64,000 nt of DNA. Source: Verrucomicrobiia bacterium. GTDB lineage: Bacteria; Verrucomicrobiota; Verrucomicrobiia; Limisphaerales; UBA1319. Positions within the stretch are counted from its first letter, which is position 1. Each line of letters starts with the position of its first letter. Where the stretch lies: NCBI GenBank assembly GCA_963664225.1, contig OY760937.1:2912001-2976000 (forward strand), read 5' to 3'. The position numbers and the translations under genes were made by a program. Shown here in pieces: positions 58,717 to 64,000 of this stretch. The notes under the pieces were generated by a model that did no database searches, was not told the origin of the DNA, and saw only the letters and a program-made list of their open reading frames with translations.

Positions 58717-61700
58717 TTACGGATGAACTTTGATCCTGAACAGTTGCGGCGCGCCGGAGGGTTCCGCAGGTTCGGTGGCGTTCATGGTGCCGCCGCTTGC
58801 CCGTGTCCAATCCATCCGCGTGGCCCAATCCATGCCGTTGGTGCTGGATTCCAGCAGGTAGGCGCGTCCGGACGACGAGGTCCAGCCCAGATGCACCGCG
58901 CCATTGGTCTCGCGCACGGGCATGTTAAAGTGGAAGTAAGACTGGGCATTCGTGGGATTTGTGCCCGCGAGAAATTCCGAGAGATCGGTCTGGCCATCGC
59001 CATCCGTATCCAGATCGCCGGGATGACTGGCTTGCACGGAGCCGAAGTACTGCTGCTCCCAGACATCCGGAATGCCATTCTGGTTCACATCGACGAACTT
59101 GTAATCGCCAATTAACACCAGCTTCTGACCGACCACCAGGGTATTGGTTTGCGCCGCCGGGGTATCATAGAAGATCACCGGCTTGTATGTGATGACATAC
59201 TCGCCCACGGGGGCATTGGTCAGCGTCTGGCCCATTCCCTGACCGGCAATGCTGACGGGGCCTGAGAGGGTGTATCCCGCCTGGGCGAGGTTGTTCGTGA
59301 TGACGACCTCACCCAGAGGGGTGTTTGTGACGGTGATGGAGACATCGTCCAAAAGCCATCCCGGGCGGGCGAACTCGTCGAAGGAAAGCAGCCCGTAATA
59401 GAAGGCCACATTGACGATCTGGCCAATGTAGGGTGTGAGATCCAGTTCGGCCTGCTCCCAGCCGGCGGATACTTCATCCGAGTATTCGGCGAGTTGAATC
59501 CACGAGGCGCCGTTGTTTGTCGTGATATGGATCTGGCCATATTGGTAGATGTCCATGTCCGAAAGGCTTGAAAAATCATAGCTCTGCCAGAAGCTCAGCG
59601 TGGCCTTGTTGCCACCGGTCAAATCAATGGCGGGACTGATCAAGTAGGTGTCCGCCGTGTCGATGGCGGCTCCATTGATGCAGCTACCCCAGGCGTCCGG
59701 AGGCGAATGCGCCTCGGTTTCCATCCCGTTTTGCGGCACTCCCAATGTCCATGTCGTCTGCGTATAGCCCCCTTCCCCATCCAACACCGTCCAATTGGTC
59801 CCACCGGTGTCCATGTTATCCGTCCACGGGGGAACCACTGGGATGAGTGTGCGGAAGGTGTAAAGCTGGTTGTTGTTGTCGTCCACAGCCGTATTCCCCG
59901 CCGCGTCGCGGCTCACCACCTGATAATAGTATAAACGGTCGGGCACCAACCCGTAAATGGTCAGGTCATGCGTCGGAGTAAACTCGGCCGCATAAGCGGT
60001 GCGACCAAGGAATCTGGATTCGCCAAATTGCACCAGCGCATCGGTGTCCTTGGTGGTTTCCCAGGTGATGGTGGCCTGTTGATAGTCCGGTTCCACGGCG
60101 ACGGATGAGATGGTTGGCGCGACGGTGTCCACCAGTGCGGTGGCTCGGATGCGCGCGTTGCCGGAGGTGTCGTAGTATTCCGCCCAGACGCTGTCCCCGC
60201 TGTTGGCGCGCAGGAGATTTGCCGCCGGGGCATTGGTTGCGGAGGCCAGGGTGATGGATCCGCGGAAGAGTCCGGAACGCGTCGTTTCATGCAGTGTCAG
60301 AGTCGTGCCTTTGGAATCCGTGGTGCTGAACATCTGAACGTCCAGACTACCCTGACCCTCGAAGTCCGAGTCCGCCACTTCCACTGTAATCTTGGAGGGC
60401 AGTGTGTAGGCGAGGCTGTCCAGCGCGATGGTGGCGATGCCGTTGACGCCCGGCGCGAGGAAACTCAGGATGTTGCGCAGCAGGTTGGCGCGGTTGTTGG
60501 GCGCGGGATCGGTCATTGAGATGGCATCGAGCGGGAAGGAAAGGAACACCACGCGTCCCGTGCTATCCTGTCCGGTGCGGGGATAACGCAGCCCGGCGAT
60601 CTTGCCCGACGCGCCGTCCAGAAAGATCGGGGCGGCATTGGTGGTGGGGGTGATGGTGTCGGAGACATCCGGCCCCAGGTCGATGTATTCGACGGAAGGA
60701 TAAATGGAATAATCGAGATTGATCGCCATTCCCGAGGTGATCGGATCCTGTTCGATGCCATCCACCGATGGCACCATGACATCTTCCGCGAAGGTCTGCA
60801 CCTGCAATACATTGGTCATGAAGGCGCTCGTCGGTGTGGAGCCGCCATTGAGCCGGCTGAGCAGCTCCATCGAGGCAATCAACAGCGAACCGCCGCTGTC
60901 GAGATAAGTCGCCAGGGTGGCCTGCTGGGAATTATCCAGCGAGGTATCGCTCCAAAAACTGTCGTTGATCCGCCAGACCACCGCCCGGAATGCCCGCAGT
61001 TCATTGGTGTTAGGCGTCCTGCCCTCGGTGGCAACGTCCCACACTTCGTAGCTGACACCGGTTTCATCCAGAGCCGAGGTGAAATTACTCACCGGAATCG
61101 TGTCGGTGAAGCCATCGTCAAAATAGTCGTTCACGAGTAGCACGACCGCTGCGGGCGGCACTACGAATGAGTAGTATGCCCCATTATTATTGTTGGTGGA
61201 GGTGTTGCCAGCCGCATCTGTCGATACTACATAAAACCAGTTGGTCGAGTTGACCGGCAGGTTCGGCAGCACCACCTGGTGGTTCTGGCTCAATGCGCTG
61301 CCACCGGCAGAAAAGCCAAACGCGAGGTTCGTTCCATAATACACCAGGCTGCCGGCCGATTCGTCTGTGATCCAGGAAATGGTGGTGCGGCCGAATTGAT
61401 TGGTGAAGCTCACTGCGGAAATGACCGGTTTCACGAGGTCCGCGATCGCGGTGGCCACGCGAGTCCCGGCAGGCGAGGCGTCCTGATAGGTTGCCTCGAT
61501 GACATCTGCATTGGCGATATGCAGCCGTCCATCCGCCGTGATCGGCAGACTCGCCGTATCGACCCGACCAGTGAACACGCCGTTCGCCCCCGAAGCCTTC
61601 AGCGTTAAAACCATGTCATTGGTTTGCGAAGTAGAATGAATTTTCACCGGCACGGAAGGCTGGCCGGACAAATCGTAGTCGATCACCCGCACCTGGATTG

Positions 61701-63837
61701 TCGAGGGAATCGTGTAGGCGGAACGGTTGAACGCGATCAGCCCCACTCCCGGCAGCGGCAGATCCCCGGATATGACCAGGGCAAAATCCTGATCGATGGC
61801 GCTGGTATCCACACGGGCATCTTCAACCACATTGCGGGCGTTGACGCGCACCAGGTATTCGCCCGCCTGCGGATGGGCCAGATGCACCGCTTCGACATTG
61901 TTGATGTTGTCCAATGTGGTGGCGTCCGGGATCGATTCTCCGCTTTGGAACTGATTTCCGCGATAGACCACGCCGTCCGGCCCGGTGACTTCGAGGTCCA
62001 GATCGTTGACCAGGGCGGGAATGGCGGCGGGCAGGCCCGGCACATCCGTATAGGCCAGGGTTATTTTCAAGGGCTCGTCCGTGATCCCCACGACGACGCG
62101 GTGTTCGTAGGTCTGGCCGGTGGTCAGGAGCACCGTCTGATCCAGAAAATCGTAACGCCGGTCCGTGCCAATGACCGCAGTCAGGTCCACTCGGCCCCAA
62201 CCCTCGTCCATGTTGGGCACCGGCAGGTTCCCGAAAGACTCGTCGAGCGGGGTCGCCGAGTTGATAAGCGTGGCTTTGACCAGCGCCGGTGACGGGGTGG
62301 CGTTGGTGTGCGTATCCCGGTAATACTGAACGAACACGGCGGCCGCGCCGGAAACGTGCGGCCCGGCCTGACTGGTGCCGCCCTGGTATTGGTAATTGGG
62401 AGAAATGCCCATCCAGGCGTATTGGTCCGTGGCGGCGGAGGATTGCAGGGACGAAATCCAGGTGCCAGGTGCCACCACATCCGGCTTGATGCGACCATCT
62501 TCGCACGGGCCGCGGCTGGAGAAATCCGCCATGACATCGGGGCCATCCGTATAGATATACAGATCGGTGCGGTCGTTTTCAGATGCGCCGGTCGCAATCA
62601 CGTTTTTCGCAACCGCCGGGCTTCCAACTGTTTGCACCCCTGGACCCGCGTTTCCAGCCGAAAACTCGAGGATGTAGGATTGATCCCCCGGCGTCTCAGC
62701 GTCCGCGTCCCGAACCAAGGCGTCAAATTCCGCAGAATTCAAGTCATACCGTCCCTGGGTGTCGTCCCCCCAGCTATTCGAGCCCACCACGGCTCCGGCG
62801 CGCTTGGCGTCGTGCGTGAGGGTTTCATTGCTGGGTGGGGCGAAAAAATTGCCGGATCCATCGAAAATGCGCTGGGCGATGAGATGCGCGCCGGGGGCCA
62901 CGCCCAGTCCATAAAGCGCCCCGTTTTCGTCCACTTCGCCGGTGGCGCCGTTGCCAGCAACAATTCCAGCAACGTGGGTTCCGTGGCTGTGCTCATCCGA
63001 TGCGTCGGTCAAACCGCCGTAGAAGAACAGGGCGTCCACACGCCCCGAGATGTCCGGGTGCATTTGCGTGACATCGCCGCTATCCAACCCGCTATCTGCC
63101 ACGGCAACCGTCACGCCTTTACCGTTATACCCAAGCTCATGCACATAAGCCGGATGGCCCCCATCGGTGCTTTCGCCCGCCACAATCTTGGTCGCCACTT
63201 CGTCATACAGTTTGGGGTGCGCGACCGGTTCGATCCACAAAACAGATTGGGATTGGATCAGGTTGTTTAATTGATTGGCGGGAACGCTTCCCGTCAGGAT
63301 CGCGCCAAAACGGAGACGGGAGATGCCGTGAAATTCACGCATTTGAGCACGCACAACGGCGGCGTCCTGGGTGGTGGCGTCCGGCGTGAGCAGAACCCGG
63401 ACCTGGGGGGTATTCGTGAGCGAGGCCTGTGCCAAAACGGATTTCAACGCCTGGTGGAGCTTGTGTTCCGGCCGGTATTCGCCCACCCAGCGGACGCCGG
63501 GCAGCCGACGCAGCGCGCTCAGGAGTTGTTGGTTGACGCGCACCACGCAGGTGTCCTCGGGCACAAAGCGCAGCGGATGCGCGCCCAGGGATTCCAGCGC
63601 CTGCCGCGACTCCGCTTGCGGATGGTCCTTGAACTGAACGAGAAACAGGCCGGAAACAGGATGCTCGACGGACTGCGGTTGCAGAACGGCCGCCGCCGGT
63701 TCCGGTGTGGCGATGATTTCGTTTCGCAGCCGGATGAACTTTTGATCCCCGCCTGCCGCCGCCAGACACCAGCCCAACCAGACACAAAACACGCCAGTGC
63801 GCAGCGACTGGGCGAAAACATGGCAATTCATGGCCAT
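58717..63837 (-). CDS. large exported S8 (subtilisin-like) serine peptidase with duplicated Ig/FN3-like modules, Ca-binding repeats and a C-terminal ..FRI domain
   Basis: triad VAVADSG / HGTHVAG / GGTSQAGP, oxyanion SAGNAG, GRIKPDVVAPG. Confidence 0.92.
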   Translation of the reverse strand: MAMNCHVFAQSLRTGVFCVWLGWCLAAAGGDQKFIRLRNEIIATPEPAAAVLQPQSVEHPVSGLFLVQFKDHPQAESRQALESLGAHPLRFVPEDTCVVRVNQQLLSALRRLPGVRWVGEYRPEHKLHQALKSVLAQASLTNTPQVRVLLTPDATTQDAAVVRAQMREFHGISRLRFGAILTGSVPANQLNNLIQSQSVLWIEPVAHPKLYDEVATKIVAGESTDGGHPAYVHELGYNGKGVTVAVADSGLDSGDVTQMHPDISGRVDALFFYGGLTDASDEHSHGTHVAGIVAGNGATGEVDENGALYGLGVAPGAHLIAQRIFDGSGNFFAPPSNETLTHDAKRAGAVVGSNSWGDDTQGRYDLNSAEFDALVRDADAETPGDQSYILEFSAGNAGPGVQTVGSPAVAKNVIATGASENDRTDLYIYTDGPDVMADFSSRGPCEDGRIKPDVVAPGTWISSLQSSAATDQYAWMGISPNYQYQGGTSQAGPHVSGAAAVFVQYYRDTHTNATPSPALVKATLINSATPLDESFGNLPVPNMDEGWGRVDLTAVIGTDRRYDFLDQTVLLTTGQTYEHRVVVGITDEPLKITLAYTDVPGLPAAIPALVNDLDLEVTGPDGVVYRGNQFQSGESIPDATTLDNINNVEAVHLAHPQAGEYLVRVNARNVVEDARVDTSAIDQDFALVISGDLPLPGVGLIAFNRSAYTIPSTIQVRVIDYDLSGQPSVPVKIHSTSQTNDMVLTLKASGANGVFTGRVDTASLPITADGRLHIANADVIEATYQDASPAGTRVATAIADLVKPVISAVSFTNQFGRTTISWITDESAGSLVYYGTNLAFGFSAGGSALSQNHQVVLPNLPVNSTNWFYVVSTDAAGNTSTNNNNGAYYSFVVPPAAVVLLVNDYFDDGFTDTIPVSNFTSALDETGVSYEVWDVATEGRTPNTNELRAFRAVVWRINDSFWSDTSLDNSQQATLATYLDSGGSLLIASMELLSRLNGGSTPTSAFMTNVLQVQTFAEDVMVPSVDGIEQDPITSGMAINLDYSIYPSVEYIDLGPDVSDTITPTTNAAPIFLDGASGKIAGLRYPRTGQDSTGRVVFLSFPLDAISMTDPAPNNRANLLRNILSFLAPGVNGIATIALDSLAYTLPSKITVEVADSDFEGQGSLDVQMFSTTDSKGTTLTLHETTRSGLFRGSITLASATNAPAANLLRANSGDSVWAEYYDTSGNARIRATALVDTVAPTISSVAVEPDYQQATITWETTKDTDALVQFGESRFLGRTAYAAEFTPTHDLTIYGLVPDRLYYYQVVSRDAAGNTAVDDNNNQLYTFRTLIPVVPPWTDNMDTGGTNWTVLDGEGGYTQTTWTLGVPQNGMETEAHSPPDAWGSCINGAAIDTADTYLISPAIDLTGGNKATLSFWQSYDFSSLSDMDIYQYGQIHITTNNGASWIQLAEYSDEVSAGWEQAELDLTPYIGQIVNVAFYYGLLSFDEFARPGWLLDDVSITVTNTPLGEVVITNNLAQAGYTLSGPVSIAGQGMGQTLTNAPVGEYVITYKPVIFYDTPAAQTNTLVVGQKLVLIGDYKFVDVNQNGIPDVWEQQYFGSVQASHPGDLDTDGDGQTDLSEFLAGTNPTNAQSYFHFNMPVRETNGAVHLGWTSSSGRAYLLESSTNGMDWATRMDWTRASGGTMNATEPAEPSGAPQLFRIKVHP

Positions 63838-64000
63838 AAACGATTCATTTATCTCAAATCAAAAACAATTATCGAAATAATAAGGCAAGATTTGTGCCGC
63901 GCGCGGAAAAAGAATTTTCGGCACGGACGCGGGCGGGAGCCATGACTGAGTTTAAGCACAAAATACCCTTCTGGATGGAGCCGCGAGACCTCAGACCAGC

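Overview
GC-rich bacterial chromosomal segment, most consistent with Verrucomicrobiota subdivision 3 (Pedosphaerales/Limisphaerales-like). This assignment is inferred from the style of its large exported Ig/LamG proteins and an ECF-type C-terminal extension. It carries about 45 coding regions. Housekeeping genes: mqnD, trxA, dus, KamA family, nth, manA, accA, suhB-like, mnmG. Large exported proteins: a PQQ-propeller/Ig protein, a carboxypeptidase-regulatory/He_PIG protein, a 2.4-kaa LamG-Ig-cohesin-dockerin protein and an S8 protease. Other clusters: ACP / AMP-ligase / AsnB / NadE-like, and a MacA plus two permease operon. Small accessory modules: AAA-DUF4143, a DUF433/PIN toxin-antitoxin pair, Abi-alpha, a DUF6036 pair and a polyvalent-type kinase. 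Two perfect parS palindromes near and inside mnmG suggest an origin-proximal location. The standout is an intact IS110 element (about 52640-54255). Its left non-coding end folds into a two-loop bridge-RNA-like structure whose four guide segments can be matched by eye to the element's own junctions around a CT core. No rRNA, tRNA or CRISPR array was found. All family assignments are by motif recognition; no database searches were run.
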